NCBI RefSeq assembly: GCF_006345805.1
Contig: NC_043004.1
Span: 18,724,001-18,788,000 of the forward strand
Source: Octopus sinensis
Lineage: Eukaryota
Reading direction: 5' to 3'
DNA length: 64,000 nt
Shown one piece after another: positions 51,300-64,000 of this stretch. The position numbers and the translations under genes are program-made. The notes beneath the pieces are model-generated. The model did no database searches, was not told the DNA's origin, and saw only the letters and a list, made by a program, of their open reading frames with translations. Within the stretch, counting starts at the first letter, position 1; every line of letters starts with the position of its first letter.

Positions 51300-53800
51300 C
51301 AATTATTATTAATGTTTTCTTGTTAGTCATTGCATTGTTGAAAATTGAACGTTGAACGTTATTTTAATGGTAAATTCGACCTTCGGGGCAGAAAATTGCT
51401 TCTGCTCTGCTCCTGTTGTGGAGAAAAATAATTTTTGAACTGTTTTGTGTTCCTGTTCGAGGGATTAATTTATTTTTGTGTAAAATGTTTGAAGGCTATC
51501 TGGAAAATATTGAAGAAATGGCAGAAAGGTTATACTTTCTTCTCACCGAAATGGACTTCCTACAAATACTAGAAGGAGATTTACAAAGCGTACAAGGATA
51601 ATAAAAAGGAAAATAATTTCTCGGCCGCCGTAGGTGGAAAATTTCAGGAAATTAAAACCGCTAAAGAACAACTATTCAAGTACAGAAATATTGTAAAACG
51701 AAAAAAAGCAGGGAACGAGACAAAATTAATACCGCCAAAAGAAGTAATACAGAGTTTGGCGGAGAAACTGTTGTACATAATATATACAACAGGAAGAAAA
51801 AATAATAATGTCAATGAAAATGACATTATCGAAAAGTGCCTCGCCCCCATATGGGACAAAATAAAATACGTAGGACGCGGTCCTAGAATAGCGACAGTAG
51901 AGGCACAATTTGAAAGTGCCGACATTGCAAAACAAATTTCAACAGAGACATTAAGAACCGAACAAGTAATGCTGTTACCTACATACCTAGGCCGGAGAAC
52001 TGCAAAAATAGTAATTGAAGAGATTCCGGCCGGGTATGACGTTAACTGGATCACCGCAACAGTCATTTATGATGCAGAGGAGGAAATAAACATACTAAGC
52101 ATGATAAAAAGGGAAGCTATTATTTAGAAGGGCCAGACGCTCGAATTGTTGGTTCAAGCGTCAAACGAAACGTTAGAAACGAGGCCCGATAGAATATTTA
52201 TAGGAGAGGGACTCAGTGCAAGAGTGTAGGTGGAGGAGCGTCGACCCAGATGCTTCAAATGTGGAGAAAAGTGTCTCGTCCGCTCCGAGTGAGAAAAAGT
52301 AAAAAAAAAAACCGGCACAAAAAACAGCTGTTCCTCCACCAACAAAACCAAGCGGAAAGACGACAGAAGAAAAATAATAAGGAAAAGGAAACGGGAAAAA
52401 AATACAAGAAACAAAAGGAACAGAGAAAGACCAAGAAGAGACAGAAGGAAAACAAGATACGGATTACACATTGGTAACCAACAACAAAAAAGGAAAGATA
52501 CCCCCGCCCCAGACTCCCCTCCTCCAAACAGAAAAAAGAAAAAAAAACAAGGCAGAACACAAACAAAAAAACCAGCCCCATCCACTTCCAAACCAAACCC
52601 TCCACAAGGTGAAAAAATAATTGCATACAACACGAATAACACAGTGATACAAACATTAATACAAGAGAAGAAATACGCAAAGTGGGGACCAATAGAGGGT
52701 AAACCGCCACATTTATGGATGGCAAGATTAAGCATTAATGACTTTAAAAGTTTTGAAAAAGATATCCGAGAGATATTATGGATGTCAGTAAGAGAATAGA
52801 TAAAGAAATAAATTGTGCTGAGACCAGCGACTGTACCGGAAGGAGAAATTCTTTCCACAACCATCCTCCCTGGAGGAATTTACACCCGGTTTGATTAAAA
52901 GACAAAACACGGCAGAATGTCAAAAGGAATGCCGGCAGGCACTCGCGCTAATCCATAAGGCGGGTAAGGCCGGCAGCGGGAATACGACCTGTACATTTTA
53001 TAAAGCGTTAGTAGAGTACAAAAGTGACAACGTTCTAGGAGAGACACTGGGACTCGATGAGAACCAGCTATCCAAACTGTTTCAGAACACTTTCAGGGCA
53101 GGGTATTTGGATAATTACCAAAGATCCCTGACCTGGCAGTGTTTTAGGAATGCGTTACCTGTTCACGACAAATTGTCCAGGCACGGATTGTCAGTGCCAC
53201 CAGAATGTCCAAGGTGTAAACAGGAGAAGGAAACTATCCTGCATGCCCCTGTACAGTGTACCCAACTTTCGGAGTTGATAATTTACGTAGAACACGTGCT
53301 GTCGCACCTAGCTATCAGCTGAGTCTGTGATTAAGAGTGTACCGTCCACCGCATTATCCAAATAAGGTGAGGCTTGTTTTCTATGTACAGTCGCAGTAAT
53401 GAAAGAGTGTGCATGGAGAACTAGAATGCAAGGTATCAAGACAGAAGCCTTCATTTCCGGCAATGGAATGCCGCTCTACTTCAGGTATCACCAGAAAAGC
53501 TAGATAAAGCTGGAGAAGAGGCACCTGTCAAGAAGTATATATGAGAAAAGATGGAAAAATAGGGAAAGGAAGTTGGGAATGAATGTCCCTGCTTAATTCC
53601 TCCAATGGTAAAAGTAAAGTGTCGTCGCTGGATAACAAACATGATGTCGGACAAGTCAATTAATTAAATTGTAAATATTGTTAATATACAAAAACATAAA
53701 AAAAAACGACTATCGATAAAACTCACAAAACGAGTATCTTAAATGTTTGTAGTGTCCTGTGCCGCCCACTCTATATTTGATAAATTTTATCTTAATAAAG
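51300..53800 (+). mobile_element. L1/Tx1-like LINE with ORF1, an internal deletion of most of ORF2, and the ORF2 C-terminal zinc-binding region
   Basis: ORF1 KIKYVGRGPRIATVEAQF...LLPTYLGRRTAKI...RPRCFKCG; ORF2 end WQCFRNALPVHDKL...CPRCKQEKETILH..VQC. Confidence 0.85.
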
Positions 53801-53809
53801 AAAATAGCT

Positions 53810-54060
53810 ATTGATTAACACACGCTGGGGACGGGTAACCACTCAGGAACTCGAGACAGTGTGTATCACGTAAAGCTAGAGATGGGAGCGATGACCTTCC
53901 CTCGCAAATATTAATCGTACACAGGCTATGTCGTTAGAAAGCTGGAGGAGGTGTCTTCCTGGGGATATAAACAACAGTAACACTGTCCTGTATAGGACGT
54001 CACACTTAGTTGGCAAATATATGTTACGATTCCGTACCGCTACTGTTTGTATCTCGCTCA
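53810..54060 (+). mobile_element. Second, degenerate copy of the 12809-type hammerhead element
   Basis: cacgctggggacgggtaaccactcaggaactcgagacagtgtg, plus shared agctggaggaggtgtc..cctgggg and tggcaaatat..gctactgttt modules. Confidence 0.6.
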
Positions 54061-54209
54061 AAGATTTAATATTATATATATACCTTATATCCCATTTTTT
54101 GGGGATGGGGGTATCTCTTATGTGTTTGAATGTACACTGTATTCTTCTCTGAATAATGTATAGTCTATTGACTAAATTTTTTCCTTCTCGCTAGACCACT
54201 GGTAACAAA

Positions 54210-54270
<61 letters not shown>

Positions 54271-54306
54271 ATATAATGTTTGTGTGTGTGTATGTGTGTG
54301 TGTGTG

Positions 54307-54338
<32 letters not shown>

Positions 54339-54453
54339 CGTGCGTATGTTCTTTATGCATTTTAAAACCGATTTGCCGTTTTGACGTATGGGCTATCAAA
54401 TGATTCGGTAAGCTTTTCGCTACCAACTAAACTATATTTTTATCCACTTATTT

Positions 54454-54518
<65 letters not shown>

Positions 54519-56437
54519 TCTAATGACAGAGGCAAACACACAGAGACAGAGATAGGCTTCACGTATGCGTTAATGTACGTGTGTGTGTGTGTCGTACAAA
54601 TATGTGTGTAACTCCCCACCCCAACAGTGAAACGCGCCGCCAACGTTCACTTTGAAGTACTATTAACATGAAGATTTGACTGATTTAACACCACTCACAA
54701 TACTCGCAAATATATCTAAAAAAAAAAAAAACAGAAAGAATATTATTCTGGTTATTATAACAAATTCGGAAACTTGGCGAAATAGAAAGCCTCAGCAGCT
54801 CTTTCAATATAATTACAGAAATGTTATTCTACTCCTTCTAACCATATTCAAGATAATATTTTCTAATAGTCCCTGTATTCTCCATTGCTGTGAGTATCAA
54901 CGTCGCATAACCTTTTTACTACGTTACTCACTATTTATTCTACAGCCTATAATGTTATACAGTTCAAAAACAGCATCTTCCTTTTTACACACTTGGTTCA
55001 GCGTTCGTTTCAAAATTGTAAAATAAACTATTTTTGTATGAGAAATTGAATTATGCCTTCTGAATTTTCTTGGACTTTCACTTTCTTCGCCGTGACATTC
55101 ACTCAATCGTGAATTTTATAACATTTAGTACATGCTCCAAATAAATGTTGACTTTCTGTATTTTGTTACGTTGGTGACGCTAGCTTACTTTTGCTAAATT
55201 GGTTACTTTCCATTTTTTTATAGCATAACTATGCTACAGAAAGTATACTTTGCACCTATATTGACTACATTTCGCTTCGCTTGAACTTCGTGCGTGTACG
55301 TTTTGCTGTTTTCAATATTATCAATTCTATGTGTGTGTGTGTTTCTGCATTCGTTACGTCTATAGTAAACTATAGTAAAGAACATTTTACGCTGTTTTAA
55401 TGAGTAGCCATCCTTATGGTTGGTGATCCCATTGAAAATACTGATATTCTCATTCGTGTTCAAGGTAACAAACATGTTTCACGGATTCATCCCTCTCTGT
55501 CTCACACACACGTGTCCTCTCTTTTACTTTCTCCTCTCACTTCAGAGCAAATTTCACCTTTTCAGTTTCTCCTCTCTTTCAATTTCTGCTCTCTTCAAAG
55601 CATACAGGAATTAAACCAATTTTAAGGAAATTAACAAGCAATCACACGATCCCATATATGTCAAGTTGACAAATTTGCTTCTTCAAATGAAAAAATGCCA
55701 TAAAATAACTTCCTTTGACACATACACATGCATACACACACTCTAGGTAAAACTTCTGTGAGAATTATATTGATTTTTGCAGTGTGCACGTGTAAATTTA
55801 CAGCTCAAACCTAATTGAAGTGACCTTTTTCTATTATGTAATTTGTGTTTGTGATGAGCGTATTTAAAAATCTGATTTTCGATATTAACATAAAACGAAG
55901 TTTTCCCCAAAATTCTGTCCTTTATCTCTTCTTTCTAGCATGTCCGAGGTAACATTTCCTCCCCCATTTTTATCCCTACATTTCTTCCGATTCCTATGTT
56001 TGCGATACAGGAGATTAGGATTGCACTCACAAAACACGTTCTCAACATTTTCATTTTCTCCCTCTCCACACGAAATTTCTTTTTTACCTTTTCAAATTTT
56101 TATTCTTGGTAATCCATGCAAAATAAACAGAGAGAACGAATCTTTAAGAATTTTACCCATCACCTCACCACTTTCAAAAAGCAACACACACCCAATGTTT
56201 CACTTTTAGCTTTTTGGAAATCCTATCAACCCCCTTTTATACGAAGAAACAATACATAGTTTCTGATCCTTCTTCTGAAGACAAAGCACTTTCATGCAAG
56301 CCCATGCAAATTGTGCACTCGCCCTTCACTATTAAACAAAAAATGACTTCCATTATTCCATTAAGTATATATTAGCTGTGCCGATTCTGCCCACAAGAAA
56401 GGAGTAAATAATTCAATGTGTTTCTAGGGTCATAACA

Positions 56438-56464
56438 CCCGAGCAACGCCGGGATGCATTACTA

Positions 56465-56465
<1 letters not shown>
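56438..56465 (+). mobile_element. Helitron 3' terminus (hairpin + CTAG|T); 5' extent not defined
   Basis: cccgagcaacgccggg hairpin identical to that of the 15062 element. Confidence 0.75.
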
Positions 56466-56521
<56 letters not shown>

Positions 56522-56609
56522 TATATATATATATTTATAAATACTCTGTTGCATATATGTATATATGTACACACACATATATATATATATATATGTATGT
56601 TACATGGTG

Positions 56610-56640
<31 letters not shown>

Positions 56641-56694
56641 CATTTATATATGTATATATGTGCAACGTATATATATATGTATATTACAAACTGT

Positions 56695-56734
<40 letters not shown>

Positions 56735-56750
56735 ATATACACACACACAT
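56466..56750. repeat. (AT)n-rich simple repeat field
   Basis: Direct reading. Confidence 0.95.
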
Positions 56751-56989
56751 ACAAATAATTATTGTAAGTACACATGAAATTTTCAGCTAGATAAGGTATG
56801 TGAAAATTAGCTATCATGTCGGATGCGCATTATCCTTGCTGTATCAGCATTGTTTTAACATTATATGTTGTATTACCCGCATGTGCAATTTTTGTAGATA
56901 ATTAAGTTACATAATGCATTTGAAGGATTAGATTAGAGGTAGATTCTAACTAATGTCTTTACGAATGTGATCTCTAGAAATCCTCGGTA

Positions 56990-57570
56990 TAGAAACCTTT
57001 CAGTAGCGCTGAAGTAATTGGAAATTAAATCCTGATGCAGTACCAGACAGTGCCTCTCATGGCTTCTATTCTTAACTAATTGGAAGTGTTATCGTGCACG
57101 TTCCTTTGTCTTGGTATAAAAAATGGGCAACAGTAAATATTCTGCTGAATACCACAGATTTGCTTGTTAGTTGTTTGATCTTAACCACTTGAGCATATCT
57201 TTTAATGTCTGATGATATGTGCATCTATGATCACGAGCAGAAGTAGTAGAGGAGCATCATAGCCATGTATTGAGAAAAATTCTTTGGGGTTTGGACAATT
57301 CACCTCTGGAAACATGGGTCTTTCGTTCAACAACATTAAGCAACCCTTATTCAGGGACCTTTTGAACGGGATGGGCTACTTGACCTGAACAAAGTTCTAA
57401 CTGGGCTCCACTTGCTGCTAGGTCATGCGCTGTTTATCTTGATATGAGATCATAATGTCACGCACATATGGTCGTGATGCATGAGCCTGGTGTACCCTTG
57501 TCAGACGGGTAGTAATGATGGGTTTTCTGGGCTTTCATGCCATTGATGGCATGCACTGCACTCGCACTCT
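56990..57570. mobile_element. Interspersed repeat, probably LINE-derived
   Basis: GC-richer block ending in (ata)n; recognised only by general resemblance. Confidence 0.35.
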
Positions 57571-59642
57571 ATAATAATAATAGTTGATGAAGGAAACCGA
57601 ATATAGATTTAGCACTAGTCTTTATTCAGTTCGACGATCGTTTCGACCCATCCCGAAACTGTCCGTTATGGGTAATTTAATGTACAACGGGCAAGTACAA
57701 AATGCCTAGGACAACTCGGTATATCTAGAGCGACATCCCCTACTTTATGCATGTAGCTGCTGTGATACAAACTGCACAGATTGTTGTAACACAGTTAGAT
57801 GCATAATATATTACCCATTTTGGTGTAAAAAATGCAGCAATGCACAAGGAGCGTTATGAGTGCACTTGTGATGCACAAAACCCTATTTGTCAACGGAAAA
57901 TTACCAAAGAACATGCTTTTTTGCACAATTATTGGCACCTTTCCCGCCAATAATGACCTTTGTGCCACAATTAAACTGCCAATGTGAACGTCTTCAGTAT
58001 TCCATGATGAAACAATGTCATTGATGTATTGTGATACCATTTCTTTGCATAAAGCCATATTTGTCAACAGAAAATTGACTAATGAACCGAGTTTCAGATA
58101 TAACTGTGATCGTTTCTGACATTACTACTGAAAACAATATGTCCATGTAGACAAATAACAAAATAGCTTTCTCAGGTTTAAATTTAATAAAATTTCCCCA
58201 AGGATGAAGCACAGTAAAGGCATATATTCGTTTAAGTGTAGTAAGGACATGAAGCAATGACCAAAACCTTTCGACCCTTTTTGCCTTTAACATTTTTTCT
58301 CTTTATTCAACCCAGTTTATGCAAAGTTGCTAATCGCTATTAGTATATATTTATGCCTAGTATTCATTCCATAAGCCACAAAGCTTGCAAGGATTTTGCG
58401 GCATTAGCCTTATTTTTCGGTGGTTGAGCGTGTACTATAACGGGTGTGGTGCGATGGAAAACAAATGTCTGACCTGATAACCGCAGTGAAGACAACAACA
58501 ATAACATCGCGCATCTTTGCGAGAGCAAATTAAGGTCACATACATACATGAGTCTGCCCATACATACATGAGTCTGCGTGTCCTGTCATTGGTCGGGATG
58601 CATTGCGTGTTCACAGATTGGTACAATTTGAATCAATTTTTCCTTAGAGGCATGTACTACAATACCAGTTGTTCGTGGTGTTATTGTTATCAACGACCCG
58701 GGCAACGCAGGAGTGTATTGCGTGTAGTGCGTACTTTCCACTAATCTCAATACACTTACTACTCCACAATGGTTGATCCTCCTTTCACTGTGTAGCACAC
58801 TTACTCACGCATACGTAGTAACATCATGCTGATCACGCGTGCACAACGCACAGTGGTGCTAATCCCTAGATCCCCTCTCCCATTCTCTGCTATCCTGTGC
58901 CTGTGCCATCAACACCTTTTTCTACAACTACCCTTTCCTACCACACCATTTGGCGTTAAACGCATGTTTGCTTCCTATAAATGTTCGCTGTTGTAACTAA
59001 GTCAACGAATCTGTTACCAGCAACTGGTATTCCCCTTACCCACGTCCGCGTACATCACACCTACAAATTCTATACATTTGGCGTTCGCAAAATCGTTCGT
59101 TCTGCCAGTCCCGTACTGATAATGTACTGGAGCTGCCTTAGTGTGTGTTATTGCCTTCCGTATGCCAAACATTAAAGCTTACCAATAAGAAGTACGATTT
59201 AAGCAAGCGAGTATGACTCAAACTTACTTTTGACTCATGACCAGGATTCATCTGCTCACTTTTTATGAACCAATGTCGCATGACATACCGCTAACTGATG
59301 TCACTTAGGCAGCTTCCGTTTCGACAATCTGCATTTTTAACCCCCTTTTATACGATGAAAATATAGATAGTTTGTGACGCTTATTAAGAACAGAAAACAC
59401 TTTCATGAAAGCCTCTGCAAAATGTACACCGCACCAGCTCAGTTTTCAACAAACAATAACTTACATTAGGCCATTAATCGAGTCGACTCTAAATCAGCTA
59501 CCAGAATACATTACGCTTATAAACAGAGAACATAGCGAATAAGTACTACGCTTACAAAGAATAAGTCCTTGGGTTGGTTTACTCGATTAAAGGTGGTGCT
59601 TCACCATGAATCTAATAAAAAAAGAATATATATATATATAGA

Positions 59643-59950
59643 GTGGAGGCGCAATGGCCTAGTTGTTAGGGCAGCGGACTCGCGGTCGCAGGATCGCGGT
59701 TTCGATTCACAGACCAGGCGTTGTGTGTGTTTATTGAGCGAAAACACCTAAAAAAAAGCTCCACGAAGCTCCGGCAGGGGGTGGTGATCCCTGCTGTACT
59801 CTTTCACCACTCTTTCTCCCACTCTTTCTTCTGTTGGCCTGCTCGCTTAGCCAGCGGGGTGGCGTCATTCGAAGGCTAAAACAATGCGAACGCATTGTGA
59901 CCAGCGATGTGTAACAACATCTGATGGTCTGGTCGGTCACGTGATCACTT
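59643..59950 (+). mobile_element. tRNA-derived SINE (family C)
   Basis: A-box-like tggcctagttgtt and B-box-like ggtttcgattc, followed by a non-tRNA body and microsatellite. Confidence 0.8.
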
Positions 59951-59951
59951 G

Positions 59952-59995
<44 letters not shown>

Positions 59996-60119
59996 AGATA
60001 CATGCATTCATGCATACTAAACTTGCGGACAGACACGCATACGTATATATAAAATACAACCCGACGACAGACGCACACACGGATAGGGGAAAAGAAGAGA
60101 GTGAGAGAGTTCGCGGAAT

Positions 60120-61130
60120 TATTATCACTACTCGATTGTGTTGTATCTGGAAAATACAAATTTGCCACGGTGACAACATCTTGGTATTTTCTCAGCATGC
60201 TTGTTTACCAAGTTTTCGTTACTTAACAGAATTCACAAGGCTTCCTGAAGGCACAAGTCACATACGCCGGATAGTGTATTTTTTATTATAGACCCTTCTA
60301 TTTCATATTTTCTTTTTCTTTCTTTTAATCTCCGTATTATTCCGCTAGTGATGTTTCGCGTTGCCAGCTCATCTTTGGGAGATATGGTTGCGATAACGGA
60401 CCGGAAATTAGTTTTCGGATGCCCGTATGTTTGTGTATTTATGTCGCAGGGTGGTGATTGTGCTTTTGTATATGATGTTTTTTTTTGTTGCATGCATTGG
60501 TTCTTGAGAGGACGTGCAGATTTCTTTTTGTGTGAAAGATTTCTTGCGACAGCTGCAAAGATTTGCCCTATTATTATTTTTTTCAGTTATTTGGTGACCT
60601 CTTGCTTTTGTTTCTCTGATGTTCCGGTTGATTAGCAGTGTCTGAAGTATTGTTGATGTTGTTTGTTGATTCTCTTTTGAGTTTTTGTTTGAATTCCATT
60701 ATAACTGTCGGGGTCGCTATGTATGTTTGTGTGGCCCATATTATATTTACTTTTGCTATTGTTCTTATACCCTGTGTTGTTTTGATCAGTTTCTTCCTTG
60801 TTTGTGGTCGTCGTTTGCATGTATATTTTCTTATAGATGTATTTGAGTATGTAGTGCCCCATGTTGTTGGAGAGGGTATACGATACTTTCACTGTGTGCT
60901 TGTTGAAAATACGATGGTATTTATGTGTTTTAGGGAAGTACCTATCTCACACTGCAAGGAATTGTTTACCTACCTTCGGTGATATTTGCAATCCAAAAAC
61001 TGGACCAAAAACCGGTCCTTCAGCTGTGATTAACTTAGTGACTACTACTAAATTTAGGCCACGACAGACAGAGTTTTTTTCATAAGCCGAGAATGTGAAC
61101 TTACTGAATCAGTATTTATATATCGCCTGA
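60120..61130 (-). mobile_element. PLE fragment (linker and GIY-YIG)
   Basis: KVGKQFLAV*DRYFPKTHKYHRIFNKHTVKVSY, CSCRKKS, NIIYKSTI, VRYRNHIS, CDLCLQEAL. Confidence 0.88.
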
Positions 61131-61250
61131 GGAAACACAACTAGATCCCAAAATGCAGAGAAACAGTTGCTTGGAAACAATTGTAGTGATTAAGAAATAA
61201 ATGTCCAGCCGTACTCCTTTTCGTTGACTCCAATTTTTTCAATTACACTC

Positions 61251-61324
<74 letters not shown>

Positions 61325-61327
<3 letters not shown>

Positions 61328-61469
61328 GGGAGAATTCACAAAAAAAAAAAGACGGAGACAAGTGATTTAGGCAACAAACAGATGTATTAGTATAACGCTC
61401 GGGAAGTGAAAAATACGCTCTTCCACAGAAAGGAACACAGAAAGAAACAAGAATGTGTAGTGGCTAGCG

Positions 61470-61470
<1 letters not shown>
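61325..61470 (-). mobile_element. Truncated copy of the 6140-type repeat between TA repeats
   Basis: Shared gtattagtataacgctcgggaag...gctctt..cagaaa segment. Confidence 0.5.
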
Positions 61471-61531
<61 letters not shown>

Positions 61532-64000
61532 CATATATAATTATTTTAAGGAGACATAAAATGTTCAGATTGATAAGGTATGTGGTAATTAGCTATTACG
61601 CCGTTTGTATATTATCTCTGCTTAGTTATTATTATTCAGAACATTATACATTGCTTTTAATGTGGTTAACCATTGAAAATCTACTGACAAATCTTATAGA
61701 TATTGTACATTCGATAGAATGGTGTTACGCGTGGGGTGAGAAGAAACTTTCACTCTGCTTCACGGTAAGGATTGCAAGCTAAAACATATGGTAAAGCATG
61801 TATAGTCACAGAACCCCACCAAAATCTTTCACACAAAAAGATTATGGATTTGCTCCAATCATAGACAGGCTCCAATTATTGCAATAATGTGCGTAATGAC
61901 CTTGGAAAAGCTATCGAGAAAAGCATTTACCAGCGGCTATCTACTAAAATACAAACACCCGAGATAAAATTAAACTCACGCTTTCATAGAAAAAACAAAC
62001 TTAAACTTAAAAACAATAACTTTATCTTTGCCAGATATCAGGTGTTTCCTAGAGAGCGCCATTTTAACACTTGAAAGACGTGAAAATGATTGGGCTTTAA
62101 TTGTTGGTTTAATTCATATCTTTCCCTCACTGGTCATGAATAATGCTGGGTTAGGGTTAGGGTTATCCTTAAACTGATAGAATTCATCTATCTATTAACA
62201 CAATCATTCAACTCTACTTTCTTCAGGAAAAACCAGATACATATATATTTTACCATGTGTGCTGTTTTCTGGCACTGATTGAAAATGGAAGCGCAGCATT
62301 GTATTCGTTCTCGAGTTTCGGCCGGATTCCCATTTTTGATTGTAAATGCCGATTCTGAACAGTTTAATGTTTGAAAGAAACCGAAGAAAGCACGAAAATC
62401 ACACCCAATAGTTCTAATAAGTTACTCCAAGATTTCACGAAAAATCCTTTTTTTTTTTAAATTTCATTATTCACAAAGGTTACATATTTCGTTATGTGTG
62501 CATGGGGAGTGATATTCATATTCTTGTGAAATTAGTGGAATAAGTGAAGTTGTATTCTTTCAGCCGGAAATGGAAATAGTTCCACAGTCTAGAATCTTAA
62601 CTCCAGCTATATTCAGTGCTCGCCTTTAGTTAAGAAAACTTTATGATGTGTAGTGAATCATTACTACAGGGCCATGAATATTCTGTTATTTGATGTGTTA
62701 TTTTCGGAGAGAAACGAAGCTTCAGTTATCTAAAAATGCTTTTTATACTTCATTTTTCCTTTTTACACTGGTCATATTTGCAGTAGCATATGATTCTAGC
62801 AGAATCGGTGGAGTGGAAAAGTTTGCTATGTGACATTTAACTGAAAAAGTTTTGTTAAATAATGACAGAATCAATTTGATCTCTTATCTTCCCAGAGTCC
62901 ATGAAATAATTACCAGTGATGTACAGCAGTAGATTAGAAGCATTGATTCTTACTCCCACAATTTATGATCTTGTACCTAAATCAAAATTTATCATACTGT
63001 TCAAATCTTAATTGGAGAATTCCTTGTCCTTCATCCTTTGTCTTGGAGCCAATGTAGTAAGAGCCATTCGTTTACTAGGATTCCTCTAAAATCATTTGAA
63101 GTATCTGCCTATTAGTGAGAAACGTTAACTTTGCATCTCCAATTAATAAAATTTTACTTGAGCAATACACAAGTCATACATTTATGGCAATGGCACATAT
63201 GTAACGATTCAGTGATTAAAAATTCTAAGTGCCAGGAAAACTTCAGCTTCTATTATTTGCTGTTCAATGTCAATTAAGTTTCACATTGCAATATTGACCA
63301 AAGGGTCATTGTTACTTCTACACGCATTCTTGTTTGCGTACAAGCTATCGTCATTTAGCAAATTGAAAATGACATATTCAGGCAATGAATTATAGCCAAG
63401 GACTTTCTTCTCTCTATCCTGTTGCAAATGCAAAAGTATTTTCTCATTTGAACTCTTAATTTGCATATTTTGTTACACTTGCCAGAGACATTTTCTCTCA
63501 TTCCGTTCACCTCCCATTCTTTAACACCATGCATTCAAACTTTCCTCCCCAAGGAATCCAATTGGCTGGTGATATTGTCTCAGTATGTAAAAAAAACTGC
63601 TCTAACTGAAATCAATCGAATAAGTAATTCCTTGAGACGGTCCACAAAGTTTATTGCTGCTTCCACCCCTTTAATTACGAAATTGAAGAGCATGTGAATA
63701 ATGTTCAGGGAATTTGATGTAGTTCTGTAGCGTGGAGTGTATTATTTAAATGTTTTTTTTGTATTGATATAGTGATTTAGATTGCAATGTTATTATACAA
63801 TCAAACCGTCTACTTGAAGCAAGATACAATATCTGATGTACGTGTAATATCCTGGTACAAAAAGATAGTTGATCAATATCAATGACCTGTTATCTACTTT
63901 TGGGGCATATTTTCTGAAAAATATGATTATTTGGCAGAAGAACGTAATAATTTACATTAATACTTAAGAGATACTTAATTTTTTTTTACATTGCCTTTAC

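Noticed and set aside
57795-58300. Coding-like minus-strand pieces (KRVERFWSLL...)
   Set aside because: Probably a decayed transposase, but no family motif could be supported
58586-58798. PRTTGIV resembling G-alpha switch I (KTTGIVE)
   Set aside because: Opposite strand and far from the KILLLG block; no DVGGQ or other motifs nearby
59643-59715. tRNA gene
   Set aside because: A/B boxes are present but there is no complete cloverleaf, and it continues into a SINE body
62148-62165. Interstitial telomeric TTAGGG repeat
   Set aside because: Only about three units; not distinguishable from chance
62800-63720. Possible host exon or decayed ORF on the minus strand
   Set aside because: Multiple stops in all frames, no recognisable domain and no paralogue for comparison

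Overview
AT-rich, microsatellite-dense eukaryotic DNA. The SINE families and repeat landscape look like an octopus (cephalopod) genome; this is inference, not shown by the sequence alone. Most ORFs in the track are microsatellite or transposon artefacts. The window is organised around an old tandem segmental duplication: unit 1 = A (~7.95-16.7 kb) + B (~17.9-21.3 kb); unit 2 = A' (~27.7-38.1 kb) + B' (~39.7-48.1 kb). The units are riddled with Tc1/mariner, hAT, Chapaev-like, Helitron, L1/Tx1-like, Penelope-like (PLE) and SINE insertions. The only well-supported host genes are two minus-strand paralogues, in B and B'. Each is a compact 3-exon gene (TATA box, short UTR exon, two coding exons split by a 57/54-nt in-frame micro-intron, AATAAA) encoding a 50-aa prepropeptide: signal peptide, acidic propeptide, KR site, then a 21-aa Cys-containing peptide (FSCERIYKDDFFCKALFCKYP / FSYERIYKDDFFCKSLFCKYP). 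I do not recognise this peptide family. A and A' share flanks with these genes and may be decayed, older paralogues. The window also holds many minimal hammerhead-ribozyme motifs linked to PLE-type elements, including a TSD-flanked non-coding retrozyme-like insertion. All alignments and counts were done by eye, and repeat boundaries are approximate.
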